From: Harriotta raleighana
Lineage: Eukaryota
Length of the DNA: 64,000 nucleotides
Reading direction: 5' to 3'
NCBI GenBank assembly: GCA_050575255.1
Contig: JBNZDD010013688.1
Coordinates: 4,012,463-4,076,462, forward strand
Under the pieces are notes generated by a model. The model did no database searches and was not told where the DNA came from. It worked only from the letters and a program-made list of their open reading frames with translations. Of the stretch, positions 48,292 through 62,845 are shown one piece after another. Both the position numbers and the translations under genes were made by a program. Each line of letters begins with the position of its first letter. Position 1 is the stretch's first letter.

Positions 48292-50481
48292 GTAAATGTT
48301 CCACAGGCTGTTTCTATCATCAAGCAAAAGATTAGATAATAATAATATTAATAATCCTTGCAATTGAGATAGAGCTTTTCACATGTTTATTCCAAACAAG
48401 CAAGCATTTTTTTTATTACACTTACACAAACAAAGTTGCTGTTGTGGAAGAGTGGGAAAGAGCCCATTTTAATGCTTTGAATTGTAAGGCAGTTTAAAGC
48501 TAGCTCCAATAAGACCCAGCGCAGGTACATTTTTTCGAGGTATAGAAAGTAAAATTGACGATACGACTCGTGTAGTTCACCAATGGTAAGTAGCACAGGA
48601 ACTGTTCGCACCCAAACAAATATGATCGTACCACTTTTACAGTATGTAGTGCAGGGCTGTGATACAACTCAACTGAATCATAAGGCACTATCCCAAATGC
48701 AAGGATTATTGTTTATTATGATTTTTTAAAAAAAAACTCTGGATGTTTAAAAGAAAATCCAATCCTGAAAGCAAGTTGGTTTCTGCTGACCTGGCTTGCT
48801 CACAGACCAACCGTGCCTTTCATCTTTGAGTGATTGTTCTGAAAAGAACGGAAGGCAACCAGACATGAAGTAGCAACAATAATTTATTCACAGGTTCAAC
48901 AAGAGGATAATAAAACACAGGTGAAGAAGATAGATGATTCCGATCGCACAGTGATCAACAAAACATATTTGTATCTCTTATGAGGTGCTTAAGATTAGTT
49001 GAACTACATCTTAAAAAGGTGTAAGATTGGTTCTTTTTTTCCCCCAATCTACTCTGTGTATCACTGGATGCTGTATCAATCAAAATATGCATTTATATTG
49101 CCTTGAATTATGTATTATAGCATGTCATTTTAATTTTAACACACCCAAGCATGTACTGTATCCTTTAAAAATATTTCATACACTCACAGAGCTTTCATCA
49201 TTTTGTTGTTTCATCCAAAATATGCTTGTAAACCCTCTTAGAGTGTAATATTGCCCCTGTCTCTTCAGAACACATTACCTGACTTCCTTAACAATCGTGT
49301 ACTTTACTCAATAAGATATCCATCCTGTGTCCTTTCCAGTTTCTGCTGAAAGCATAAAATGCACCTTCATGGTGGGTTACACAACACTGAGCATGAGTAT
49401 GTACTTGCCTTTGCCTTGTATCACAATGTGCCTCGACACTCGGAAATAACGCGACTGTTCATCTATTCTCACTCCATTATCTGCAGTCAGTCCTAAATCA
49501 GTAAATAGTATGGAAGGTAAATGAGTCGTAAGCCACATGGTCACCAGTGCAATTTAATGTCTGCATCTTTGTAGTTTTGTATGTATTTGTTGGTTATTTG
49601 GATCACTTATTCACTTGAGGTTAAAATGATTCTTGTCCCTATTGGGCAATCAACCCTTCTGCAACTCCGCTTTGGAAAAAAAAACTTGTCCTTCTCTAAA
49701 ACACTTTGAGAAGATGCTAGTATGTTATTTATCAAATGGGTTTTTTATGCATTATTTGAACTTTTAGTCGAGTAATTTTGCATCTCGGCAGTGATCCCAT
49801 TAACTGACTACCCAGTAATGATTAATGATACATCAGAAGAGCTGAAATGTGCAGTTTTTAACTGGTTCGGTTTGATCCATTAGATTTTATTAAATTGAAT
49901 CCCATTGCCATTGCTTCATAGCTGCACCGCGCTTTGTAATAAAATAAACCAGAAGCATATGAAGCAAGCTGTGAAAGCAATCAAAGTCAAATAGAAGTTA
50001 CAATAATGCTGGATTTATACAGCCACTGCAATCATTATCACTTCAAGCTGTAGTGCAATTTGGACTGGACTAGGATTTGTCATATTGCCCACCCCAACAC
50101 AGCATTGGCCAGAAGACTGAGAGGATGCCTGCATATATGCAGCTGAATATGTAGTCAGGGCTTCACAAACCACCTCTCTGTAAAACAGCAGTATTTTAGA
50201 ATTGTTTACAATAGAATATTTCAGCTCTATGTTGTGGGAGCATGACAAAATCTACTAATATTGAAACTTTGTCAGATTATTTTATTTGGATATGAGATGA
50301 AGTTATCCCAACAGGATCCATTTTTGGTAACTTGTATTTCTTTATACAGCACCATTCACAAAAGGTGCTGCAGAAAACAAAAGTAATTGGAAGTGAAGGG
50401 AATCATATACCTCACCTAATCAGCTACTGTTTGTGTTAAAGTGGGTATTAAATATTAATATTTCTTTGTAATTCAATAAAA

Positions 50482-50769
50482 AGCTTAGTGGTTAGAGCAT
50501 TTGCCTTGCAAGCGAGTGACTTGGGTTTGATTCCGGGCAGGACGAAACCTTGGGCAAGTTTCCTTGAGTGATAATAATCACTCGAAAAAATCAATGATAA
50601 ATCAATCATTTCAATCCACGACTGTTTGTGGGACACTGCTGTATGCCAGTGGCTGCTGCGTTTCACCCACAAATATAGTCAATTCACTTTATAGTATATT
50701 CTGTGAAGCGCTTTGAGATGTCTAGAAGACATGCAAAGTGCTACTTCAAATGCAAGGATTATTATTATT
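50482..50769 (+). mobile_element. Near full-length SINE family A
   Basis: agcttagtggttagagca (A box), gggtttgattcc (B box), Deu core, (TTA)n tail. Confidence 0.9.
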
Positions 50770-52276
50770 GTTTTTTTTATCAGGAAGGCAGTTTAAAAAC
50801 TGTATTTGCCTATATGATCTGAAAATGATTACCCTATTCCATGACATTAGAAAAATAATTGTCACTCGTTTTGCTTTATTAACAATTCTTTTTAATTTAT
50901 GCCGGAGATATTGTAATCAAAAGTTGAGTACAGAACACAGTTAATTTTATTTACTATGCAGCATAATGTCATATTGTTGCTGCAGGCTAGCTCCTTCTGC
51001 GTTTTGACAAACAAGATCATCTCTGGTGGAAAGAAACCCAAGTCAAAATGTGCTTTAATTGCTCCCCCCACTCCCTCCCCATAATGAAATGTCTTCTTGC
51101 AATCCTTAAAAGCTCTGGCCTTTACTAAGGTAATCTCCTGGGTTCTGTGCAGCAGAAATCAAGCATGACGCCGATTTAATACTGCTGAGCATTTCTGAAA
51201 GGAATTAAATAATTCCTTAAATACCATAATGAATGGCACTCTCATCATTGGAATTAACAATACTGAAAGAGAGGTTTGGAATTTTGCAGCTTTAAATAGT
51301 AAAATAATAATGGCAAACAATTAGTTTGATTGCATAGAAACAATAGAGCTGTACAGTCGCTCTACCTTCTGTCCCCATACACTGAAATAATTGTTTTGCA
51401 CAAAGCATTTTTAGTTTCAGCCATGTAATGTGTTCATTTTTTAATTTAAGTTGATTGTAAATACTTTCCTGCTTTTTTTTGTCTCTTCCAATTTATTGTC
51501 TAGATTCCTGTATATCTCAAAGGATATCCTATTCTTTGCAAGACAGTGCTTCGCTGAACCCGAGTTTTCATCCCATTGAATTGCCTTTTATTCTAAGGCT
51601 TTACAGAATACATGTCTTAAATATGAATTGGAATTGACTGACACATAGCAGTTCACATTTCCAGCATACAGACCACTGAAACTGAATATAAGTGAGGAAC
51701 TGAATTATTAATAATAATGAAGTGTTATGAGATTGAAAGAATCCAGGCTTAAGTACAAAATTGATGATGTAGTTTGAAGGTCACGGACCCGTCGTTGAAG
51801 ATTAAGTGGTCCTGAATTTAATTTTAAAGCCTACGTTTGGAGTTATTCTGGCAATCACAGTTAAGAGTCAATTTCTAATGATTAATTGTTAGAACTATGA
51901 AGAAGGATTTGTCTTAAACTTCTTCCTATGTATAGGAATGCACCTCATAATTCATCATATTTTCACTTGGACTACATTGGATTTAGTGTTGTAACAGTTT
52001 GAGGAAGATTTATTGACCAATACAGACATTAGACTGCATTATCAGAAAATGTATTGAAACATTAATTTTGGTGGGTTCTCAAGTTGACTTATCAAGAGGG
52101 ATTGTTAAGTTACCAATGGGCAAAGTGATTGAAGGATGGAATATTCTGCTTTCACTTCTGTGACTTCCGTATGAGCTGTGTCCTGAATGGGGAGATAGAT
52201 GAACATTGTCTCAATCGAATGAGAGAAGTGAAGGATTCTATGTAAAATCATGGACAAATTCTTAATTCCATTCCCA

Positions 52277-52596
52277 GTGGAGTCCTGTAGTTCAGTGTGA
52301 GAGCACTTGTCTTACAAGCGTGAGACCTGTGTTTGAATCCATGGCGAAATCTTGGGCTCGTTTCCTTACTCCACACACCTAATAATAATCCCTCTAAAAA
52401 AAACACGATAATAAAAATTGGTCATTTCAATACACGACTGTTTGTGGGACACTGCTGTATGCAATTACCTTCCACATTTCTCCCATACATGTACAATAAA
52501 TTCACTTCACAGTATATTCTGTGAAGCGCTTTGAGACATCTAGAAGACGTGAAAAGTGCTTTATCAAATGCAAAGATTATTGTTATTATTTATTAT
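52277..52596 (+). mobile_element. Full-length SINE family A
   Basis: Head gtggagtcctgtagttcagt, B box gtttgaatcc, core gactgtttgtgggacactgctgt, stem-loop tail. Confidence 0.9.
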
Positions 52597-54769
52597 AGTT
52601 GGTGCTATTCCATAAAACAGCTACCGTAATTCAGATTAATTGGCAGTATCATAGAAAAATCACAAAAATGAACATTTTTCGGACCTTCATACTCTTTCGT
52701 ACCTGTTGCTTGAAATCCTTTACACTAAAACCAAATAGAAAATGCTTCTGTTAACAGCATAGCATTTTGTCTTAAGTGTAAAAAGTTGTTATTATGCACA
52801 CGTTTACAAGATTAGTAGCAAACATTTTTAACTAAGATAGCAACTTAAAGTTTCCTCCAAATATTCTACTTGGTATACATCGGTAGGAATTTTTTCAAAT
52901 TGACAACAAATGTAGTCTTTCGATGTACAATTTCATGAGCGGCATAATTATTTCCATTGATTTAAACCCAAGACTATTTTGGCTGTTGTCCTCACTAAAC
53001 CATTGTTATACATATGAACTTTTCCCACTGTTCACCTGCACATTTCCTGGTTTAACTTCAAACAATAGGTTTACTGTCCAGTGAGTCATCGTAAGCAACT
53101 ATCTAAATTCTGATGTCTAATGCACAGGTCATTCTATGCCTGCTTTTTTTTAACCTACTTTTGTAAGCTTTGTAAGTACTGTACTTTGAAAGACCACCTG
53201 TCTCAAAGTCTATAGCAAATCAGCCAGAGTAATTTGAACTCCGGGATGCCAATTGTCAGAGAGTGATAATTCAATTTCCACTCTTTGCTACTTGGCAGAA
53301 AACTATTCCCCTGTGCTCAGCAGAATGATTGACCTGTTTACATGTTTCAGAATGCCTGGATTGACCATTGCGCTACTAGAATTCCACTAAACAAGGAACA
53401 ATCTCTCCCACTGTGGCAGGGTTTGAAGGAGGCTAATCTTTCAACACGACTTAATACACACTAAATCGTCTGCTATCCGTATCAGTGTCTTTTCAGCGGT
53501 TTTATAAACTCGCTCATCAGATCAGTTGCTTTCAGAGAACCTAAGAGTATTTTGATACTATCCTGGACACTATTATTTAAGATTTTATGATTCAAAATGA
53601 AATGGTGCAAAAGCTAATACTGTGCATTGCAGTTAGAACCAGGGGAGCCACCGCACCTAAGATACAATGCCTATTTTTTTGAATTCCTTTATGTAACCTT
53701 CACATTTGTGTAATCATTCATTTCTAACACATTTCACTTAGAGAGTTTGTACTATGGCTTGCATGTTGTGTAATTTTAAATGATTATAAATCGAAGCTCA
53801 AGGACTCCCTTGATCATCTCATCGGTAAAGACATTGCTAATATAACACTGAATGACAAAGACTTGGAAATTGCCAGATTTGACTCCCAGCCTGTGCTTAG
53901 TTAGCTGATGTCAGTTGAGATGTTAATTTGACGTACTGGAGAAGGGAAAGGTTAGTTATGGTTCTTGCATCTGGTTGCTTTCCGGTGTGACCTGTTGGAA
54001 AGTGTGCGTTTGTAGATATTGGGTATGGAGAGGATTGACTTTGCCTCCAGGGTCAGACAGTCTAACAACACCCTACATGTCTCAGCACACATGCGAGCAG
54101 AATGATAACTTGATCTGCGTTCTGGATGGCTGTTGGCATCTGTTGAACTGCATTTCAATTTGAGTTAATGCCTCCAGGAGCGGAGGAAAGCAAGAAAAAG
54201 GTGGAAAAGGTGAGTCCTTTTTATCAGACAATTGCACTGCTTTTGTTAATAATAATCCTTGCATTTCATGGAGCGCTTTATTACGGCTTTGAGATGTTTC
54301 AAATCACTTCAGATGTCTCAAAGCACTTTGATGGACCTGGTGGAATACTTGCGAGTATGTTTTTGTGCCTGTTAACACTAAAATAGCTGCTTGTTCCTGG
54401 ATTACATTTTACACCAAACTTGATCTTCAGTCACCGATCACACAGAGTGTGTCTGATTAACCAAATACATCTGCAAACACTTATCCTTAATCAATATCTT
54501 CATGCCTCGGCATTGAAATGTTTAGTCAACCTTTCAGCAGACTTGGTGACTGAGTCCTTCTGATTGGATTCCTGGTGCCTTTTAGGAGTTGTTTCAATGA
54601 AGTAATGCATGTCAACATTTAAGAACTATAAATGGTCACCTCACTACTTTAAACCAGTGATTGATACTGTTTGCATGTTAGAGCACAGAAGCACAAGGGT
54701 AGTATGCAGCGATATGCTACATTAAGCTGTATCTCATACCTACCTAGAGGATGCAGCCTAGTTATGCTT

Positions 54770-54860
54770 CTTCGCTGCCCTGATCCCTGACTGTTCAGCA
54801 CCTTGGGACGTCCTTCTGACGTGAAAGGCTCTTTACAAATCTAATTTTGTTGATGTTGTT
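54770..54860 (+). mobile_element. L2 3' tail
   Basis: ccctgactgttcagcaccttgggacgtccttctgacgtgaaaggctct. Confidence 0.8.
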
Positions 54861-55542
54861 CCTTCATGGATAAATTGGGATTTGTGAACAAAGATTAGTA
54901 TATCATTTTGACTGGAGGTGTAGTCTATTTTATTTTGAAAGAATAAAGACTGCAGATTTTTTTCAATAATACCAGAATGTGGCAATATAATCCTTTGGGA
55001 CATGATACTGAATTGAACTGACAATTTTGAAAGACCAGATCAGAAAAATTACCATGTGGCTATATTTTATTTTTTGACTGCAATCATTGTTAATCTTGTG
55101 CATCAAGTATGAAGTCATCCATTTTAACAAGCAAGTTAATCCTTTAAAAAGCGGCAGAAATTCTGCCCTTGATCAGTTATGGTTTAGGTTGTTTGGTGAT
55201 CATTGTAAATTGAATCTCGGTAATGCTTAAGAGTATTTTTCTGCTTCAAAATAGTTTATGGGTCTTATATTAAAGACACTAGAGTGGCAATTGAGGGCGC
55301 AAGAACTCAGTACAATAAATATTGTCTTCTTTTTCTAAATAAGATCAATGTTCACTCTTGATAACTTGGAAGTTAATTTCTATTTTAATCGGGCTGTTGC
55401 CTATTGAAAGTACAGTGCAAAACAATTAAGATTATATTTTAAAGGAATAATTCAAAGACAAATAAAACAAGTATCTGTGAGAATTAAGGCATCTTGATTA
55501 TCATTCTGAAGAAAAGCAAACCATGGTCAACAGTTTTTTTTT

Positions 55543-55880
55543 AAATCTCAAAAGTACTTCACAAATAATTACTGTCAAATGTAGTGACTATTTTTGTAGA
55601 CAAACATAGCAGCCACTGTGCAGCAACCGGGGCTCTAAATAGGTATTTGATGAGTTATCAATTAATGTAGAAGCATCTATAGCCAAGGAGTTTGAGTGAA
55701 AAATTCCTTCATGTGTGATGCGTTCTTTAATGTCATCCGAAAACCCGTAGATTTGACCTGGGTTTTATCTGAAAGACAATACCTCTTGACAATACAGCAC
55801 TCCATTGAAGTGTCAGGATAGTTCAAGTCCCAACATGGGCCTAGAACAGACAACCTTTGAACCCAGAGGCAGCAGTGCTA
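55543..55880 (-). mobile_element. Old SacSINE1-like SINE, degraded
   Basis: Reverse matches: gtagtgact...agcagcca, tctgaaagaca...gacaatacagcactcc, caacctttgaacccagaggcagcagtgcta. Confidence 0.55.
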
Positions 55881-57213
55881 AAGCAAAAGCTATGAATAGC
55901 TTATTGAGGGGGTGGTGGCAGTGGAGTTGATCTGAATGTATCAAGCAAAAAAAATTGTATCATCATTGGATTGCCCGAGAGCATGTCAAGGAGTTTTAAT
56001 CATCCATATTTACTCGTACAATCTATCTAATGAACTCCTGAATTGCACTGCATATCTGAGCGATCCATCTTCTTGCAGTGTAAATATACAAAATGTAATT
56101 TCAATGGGTTCACTGATCATCACCTATCTTTCATGCACTTTGGTTTAAGTGGCTGTTCTGTCTAATAGCTTCCTTGGGGGTAAAAATAATATTTTTTCTT
56201 CAGCTGAAAATGTACTGCCAAATTTCAGAATATATTATGAGAATAATCAACACTGCAGCTTTTTTTTCTGGTTGTTTATTTGTTAACTAAGACACTATTT
56301 CTTGTTTCCTTTCACAAAATGAGTAGTGTAAAAGCAATAAATTCCATTATGAAGTCGTATATTTGGGATAAAAGCCTCCCACCAGTGTACAACCCGTCAT
56401 CAGCTTTTATTGCTTTATACACTACCTTAAAATGAAATTTATTGCTTGATTAACATTTCTGCTGGTTAATTGAAATTCAGCACTGAAGCATTATCAATAA
56501 TACCAGAATGTGATATTCCAACATCCGATTTGCTAAAAAAAGCTATGTTTGTGTGTTTTTTTAGTTCCTCGGTTCCTATTCTGTCAAACACATAATAAAT
56601 AATAATTATTATAATAAATAATAATTCTTATTATAATAATCCTGGCATTTGAAATGGCACTTTTCACGTCTTCGAGACCTGACTAGGCGAAAGTTTGGGC
56701 TACACACAAGGTTCTAATATGGTCCTGTTTGTGTGGAATATAATTTGTTGCTGGAAAATATATTTTTAAGCAACGGAAATCTGAAGAAGTTCTTGGAAAT
56801 GTTGCTAGAAATGTTGTCCTAATAAAAAATGGAAAACTGCAGAAAGTTAATCTGCCTGGTAAACTTTAGTCTTCCAAAGAAGCTTAGGTTACACATCAAT
56901 AAAATGTATACATACACATAAAAGTGCAAGATTTCCTTTATGCAACAATATTATTATTAAAGGACATATATAAATGTCTTTATATGTATGGAAAAGGCTT
57001 TTCCACTCTGTAAAGGCACTGCTGATTTAATTGCTCTATGCTACGTAAATTGAATTAAAATCAGTCAAAGGATAATGATCTTTCTTTCTCCTAAATATTC
57101 ATGTGCAGATAGATCGGGAGATAGATGGATGAATAAATAAAAAATATTGTAAATCTATTGCACAATGTTCTGTTTGTGCTCGAGAAGTCAGGGTGCTGCA
57201 GGTTCTACATTAT

Positions 57214-57524
57214 TAATAATAATATTCTTTGCATTTGATGTAGCGCTTTTCACATCTGGACGACTCAAAGTGATACACAGTATGTACTGTAAAGTAAAAT
57301 GACTGTATGTTTGTGGGCAAAACGAGGCAGCCAATTGCGCACAGCAGTGTCCCACAAACAGTTGTGGATTGAAATGACCGATTTATTATTCTTTTTCTTC
57401 ATGAGGGATTATTATCAGGCGGGTGGAGTAAGGAAACTTTCCCAAGGATTCGCCCTGCCTGGGAATCGAACCCAGGTCTCTCGTTTGTCAGGCGAGTGCT
57501 GTATCCACTAAGCTACAGGACTCC
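57214..57524 (-). mobile_element. Full-length SINE family A
   Basis: The minus strand reads ggagtcctgtagcttagtgg...gggttcgattccc (clear A and B boxes), then core and tail. Confidence 0.9.
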
Positions 57525-58184
57525 CCATTAGACGAGGATTGATGAGTGTCATCATTTCTATACCTGGCACATGGCAGGAATGAGCACCCGTAAAGAACTA
57601 AGCTTCAAGAAGAGGTTTTGGAAAGCAAACAGCAGCAGGGAGATTGTGTTCTATTAAGCGGCAGACAATGTTGATAGACTATTTCTACGTTGGAACCTGG
57701 TATCTATTGATGGTTAGTGTTGTTCCTCGGTTTTAGTCCTCGCTGCTGGCGGTGTCACTTTGCCTTAATAAGAACGCAGGTTTAGCCGTAAACTTGTCAC
57801 GCTAAAGCAGATTATTTGTGTTAAGAGGATAGCGCATAGATCACTGCCACTTCCTTCCATGATATGGTATGTTGGTCTTTTAAATTAATAGGTAAAAGAG
57901 ACATCCACTTTTCTGTCAAATTCAGTGAAAGGAATCTTTCAGTTAAATGAATTAAGATTGCTCATTTGTCTCCAAAGGATTGCTTTGTGGGTGAGCTTTT
58001 ATTTGCCTGTGGTAATTGTGGATTCTTCAACACTTGATATTGCCAGGTATAGCAAAGGTTTACAATTTTGAAGTATGATATTTCCAGGTTAACTTCACTC
58101 AGTATCACCTTTTTATCTAGATGTAACAAATTGATTCTGTAATGGGTCTTTCATGTTGGGACACACTCCAGACAAGAAATGCGT

Positions 58185-58826
58185 TTAGATTGGCTGTCGC
58201 ATTTCACCCACAAAATAAGCAGTTAATTCATTTTATACTTCATGTTATTATAAAACTTCATATATATAATATTATATATTACTTCATATATATTCGTTAT
58301 ATACATATCCTATAGTATATTCTGTGAAGCACTTTGAGACATCTAGAAGATGTGAAAATGCTATGTCAAATGCAAGGATTCTTATTATTATATTCTGTGA
58401 AGCATTTTAAGACAATAACAAAATTAGTATGGCACCTTTCACATCGGGAGGACGTCCCAAGGCACTGGACAGACAGTATTTCAGACCCAAGCTGGGGGTC
58501 AGGATTGGGGAGCGGGTAGAGGGCACGAGGGAACATGGTTGATCGAAAGTTCGCTCAAAAAGGGCCTTGAACTGGAGGTGGTAACGGGGTGGGAGTGGAG
58601 GGACTGCAGGATGGAGTTCCAGAGGGTGGGGGCAGAGTGGCTGAAGGCCTGCCACCAATGGTGGGGTGGTGAGACAGGGGACGTGAAGCAGTTTGGAGCC
58701 TGCTAAGTGGAGGGTTGATAGGAGGTTAGGAAGTTGCATATGTGGGGGGGAACTAGACCATGGAGGGCTTTGAAGCTGCCTTGAAGACGCGATAAGGCAC
58801 TATATCAAAAGTAAGGATTATTATTA
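58185..58826. mobile_element. SINE family A tails (+) with a minus-strand L2 3' fragment (about 58411-58775) nested in the second tail
   Basis: The SINE tail is split between ...gtgaagcattttaagac (58412) and cttgaagacgcgataaggcactatatc (58780). Confidence 0.8.
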
Positions 58827-59689
58827 GCATGACACAAATGTAATTTATTGTTGTAGATTCTCGACGACTTATTCATAATCCGCTGTGTTATTTTTTCCTC
58901 AAAGTTCTATTGAAAACAAACAAATGCTTGTACTGAGGTTTATTTTGCCAGCTTTTTGTAGAAAGATTCCGAACGTTGCAAATATTGACAGGAAAATAAG
59001 AAGAATTTAGTCTGTTAAATTCTCTTCAGTTGTGTGATGGGTGGGGTTGACCTTGAGCTGGTTACCTTCCGATCTCGCAGTTGCAGACCTGATTTAATCC
59101 TCCACACCAATGGGGAAATGAGAGGGGAAATTGGAAACACAATTTTCCTCAGGCCATTCCTGCACTGCTCCAAAGCTCTCAACCTGAGCAATAGGAGTCT
59201 TGAGAGAGAGTTGGACACCCACCAGCCTTATTTTTTTTTGATGGGCTTTGTGTGGTAAGAACCTTAGACAGGTGAGAATTAAATCAAAGCTGAAAATAGT
59301 AATAACACCATCATACCTTGCGATGTCCTCCTGACATGGAAGGCGCTTTACAAATGTGATTTTGTTCTTGTTGTAATACAGACCTGAGGGGAGAGGAACC
59401 GGAACAAAAAGGATACAAGTGTTACGATTCAATATTTAATTCCAGAAACCATATTACATATTAGCTCAGTAAAAAGACAGTGATTTTCACAAGGATAAAG
59501 ACATTATTATTATCCATTTAAGAAAATATCAAAAATACACAGGTAATTATTTACCTTATTGACTGTGATTTCTGTGCCATATACATTTACTTTTACTACC
59601 CTTGAACCAGAAAACAAAGAGCTGCCACTGTTGGGAAGACAACCTACCACAAAGTTTACAGTAGTCCATCATTTGCAATGCGATTCAAT

Positions 59690-60215
59690 TCACACTTATC
59701 TGGCATTTTTCACATTGGGAGGACGTCTCGAAGCGTTTGGCAATTCAAACCCGGCAGCTGAAGCTGTGGGGGTGGGGGTTGTTAGGACAGGAAAGATGAC
59801 GGAAAGAGAAGTAAAAGAAGTACCATTTGAGGCGTGTCTTGAAGGAGGGGAAGGGAGGAAGTAAGTTGGAGGGACCTGGGTGTGGGTTAGTCATTGATGA
59901 AGATGCTTTCCTAAAATCAATTACATTATGACATCTGATGTTCCTGGTGTAACACATTGGGAACCATTTTCACCGGTGGTGTGGAGTGTATACAAATGAC
60001 AGATAATAATAATCCTTGCATTTGATATAGCTCCTTATCAAAGCTGCAGCTGATCGGTATACCTTCTAGTGTTAGCATGGAGTTTCTTTTACACTCTCCG
60101 CATCCTTACAGCCTTGTGATACACAACAATGGCAACAAAATTACATATGTATAGCGCCTTTCACGTCGGGAGGACGTCCCAAGATATACATGACACTTGG
60201 ACCCCGCCTGTGAAG
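59690..60215 (-). mobile_element. Cluster of L2 tail fragments (59690-59870, 60125-60215) and a SINE tail (60003-60040)
   Basis: Family stem-loop motifs. Confidence 0.7.
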
Positions 60216-62559
60216 CAATAACAACAGAGTACAGTAAGTGTTTTAATGGTAATTGAAGTTAGGGAGCTGGAACACATCAGAGACTGGCGTTGGAATAGAC
60301 TAATGAATGCTATTAGTGCCACAGGTTTCACTAAAGAACCTGCTCCAGCAGCTGCTCTCCTGAACACAAGATTAAAAGTCCTTGCAGCAGACTGCTGGGA
60401 GAATGTGCCCAATAGATTTAGAAATGCTTCACTGAAGCTTCTCTCTGTCGACATTGGTCTGAATCAAACTCTACCATGGTTGTTTGACTGCAAAGAGCTG
60501 GTAAAATCTAAAAGTAGAAGGTGCTTCGCTGAATCTTAAGCTTTATTTGAAAACCTAGATATTTAATGGAACATGAAAAACACCTATTTTCACGGCTCTA
60601 TACAAAGCACTCTGCCCTTCACAATTCTGCTTTACAGAGTGGAATGCTGTGTTCATTTGAAAAACAAATTGACACTCATAATTCACATTTGAATGGAGTC
60701 CAAGAATACGGTGGAATAGCAATAAACTGTGCTAGTGAAGCCATCTGAAGTCATGTTTTGCCATGCACTTTTGTCACTTGCAACTGTCATTGTGCAGTTC
60801 AAGTAATTTCTTAGCAGACAGTGATTGACTGCAGTCGAACCCCCAGCAGGTCCCTTACCTCATTTGAAAATCTCAAAGACAACCTGCTGCCAGCCTGTTG
60901 TGAATGCTGTTGTATAACCACTTCGAAAGGGCTGATGTGCTTCTATATCAAAGAGCACTTGAAGCATCACACTGTCGCAGTCAGGGGTGCTGTTTGGAAT
61001 ATCTAGTAGAATCTGCCTGTTGGGGCAAGGTGGAGAATGCTTTCAGTCTTAAAGTAACTGTATTCTGCACCAAACCTTGCACCCCTGGAGATTGCTTTGT
61101 TCCCAACATTGACGTTGCTCATCTTGACGAGCACAAACATCCTAAATTTGTAACCTAGAAAACATATCGTAACTAGGTGCTTGAATTTAGATTAATGTTC
61201 TCTTATAAGTACTGTATTTTATTCGGCCCATCATTAGCTCATTTGAGTTTAGAAGGCCGGGATGTATGCTAATATTCATAGCTAATATGTAAGAATAAAT
61301 TCAGTGTACTTTGGGGACCTCACTAATAATTTTGCTATGTACTGTTGCCAGCATAAGTTTTCTTCAACCACATATGAGTAAAAGATCACTGCTCATTCCA
61401 TTACTATATCTCAGTTTTGCCAGCTTGCTGTTCATTTTATAAAGGATGCCTTCATGTGAGTTATGGTGAGAGAGTTGCTTTTGCAATACTAATCATAGAT
61501 GAGAGAGAGAGAGAGCCAGAGAGAGATGGGATTCAATTTGGCCTGACCCAGCAATCCTTGATAACGTATTAACTAATAAATGACTTAATAATGCACCAGA
61601 CACCATCATCTTTGATTCTGGAGAGGAGCCGAGCATACATAAGCTGGAGTAAATATCAAGACACTTGACAGGGTCCCTTGAACTATTGCATTGCCAACTT
61701 GATCTCAACTCATGAAAATTAATCTTGTCACTGGATCATCAGATCTGTCACAGATGAGAGAAATGCCATACAAAAATCTGCTGTGTCCCATGGGTAAGAC
61801 TTTGATAAGCATGTAAAACATTTGCTTGAGAAATTCTATTTTTAGCTTCTATAACTTCAGTATAATGAGAGTGAATTATACGACATATTGAAATTCTATG
61901 CTTGGATCGAATCAGATGTGTTTGTTTTTTTTACTAAATAAATAAAATTAATTCATTGACACAAATTATATATATATTTGATTTTTTTTCTAAAATAGGT
62001 ACAGCCCTGGTTAATCCTGCTTTGCATACTTAATAGAATTTAAGTGCATTTTAATGTTCATAGCCTATCTGACATTGAACATTACATTTGGCTCTTCGAG
62101 GGAGAAAAGAGCTGCTTAATGACCAGATGTAATGTTCATACTTTTCTGCTCATTTAATGCAATTGTTCCCCAACACACTTGCTCTCACTGAGGAAACTCA
62201 TTCCCTTCTGTTGGAAGCTAAACTCTTCAGGCAGTTTTCTATTTTAATCTGTTTGTTGGGATGTAGTGCTGAATACATATTAAGAGCTTTTAAATAAATC
62301 TGTGGCAACATTTTGTGATGTGACATTGGAATCCCTGAAATGCTTTTGGAAAGGAAATGGCATTTTCCAGTTCTGATGCTTAAAATAGCAACTTTGCCCA
62401 TATTGAAGGAAATGGGGAAACTATTTTCAGCTTGGTTGCAAATAAAACTTCTGTCACCTGCCCATGGTGTTTACTGCACAAACAAGCACTATTTTTAATA
62501 AAATGGTGGTGCTGACACCTAGGTATGCATTAATACAATCTCTACTGTTTCTTTAACAC

Positions 62560-62845
62560 TATCTCAGCAGGCACTGATCTGCTTCATATCCCTCTGCCTC
62601 TCCCATCCCACCATTGATGGTCAGGCTTTCAGCATTTCTGCCCCCATTCTCTGGAACTCCATCCCTGCAATTTCCCGCCTTCCCTCGCCTCTTCACTTCA
62701 AGACTTTCCTCTTTGACTGGCCGTTCAGACATCTTTCCTTCCCCCTCACTCCCTTGGCCCCCAGCTTGGATGTAAACCTTGGACTGTCCAGCGCCTTGGG
62801 ATATCCTTTGATGCAAAAGGCAGGATATAAATATGAATTTGTATT
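62560..62845 (+). mobile_element. Degraded L2 3' end
   Basis: caggctttcagcatttctgcccccattctctggaactccatcc...cagcgccttgggatatcc. Confidence 0.8.

Noticed and set aside
57440-57524. tRNA-like sequence with A and B boxes (also at 30040-30114, 50482-50540, 52277-52345)
   Set aside because: These are SINE heads: no complete acceptor stem, variable anticodon-equivalent bases, and always attached to the SINE body.
231-60215. Recurrent palindromic ~36-nt motif that superficially resembles a CRISPR repeat or attC site
   Set aside because: It is dispersed, occurs in both orientations without regular spacers, and lies in a vertebrate intron; it is the LINE/SINE 3' stem-loop.
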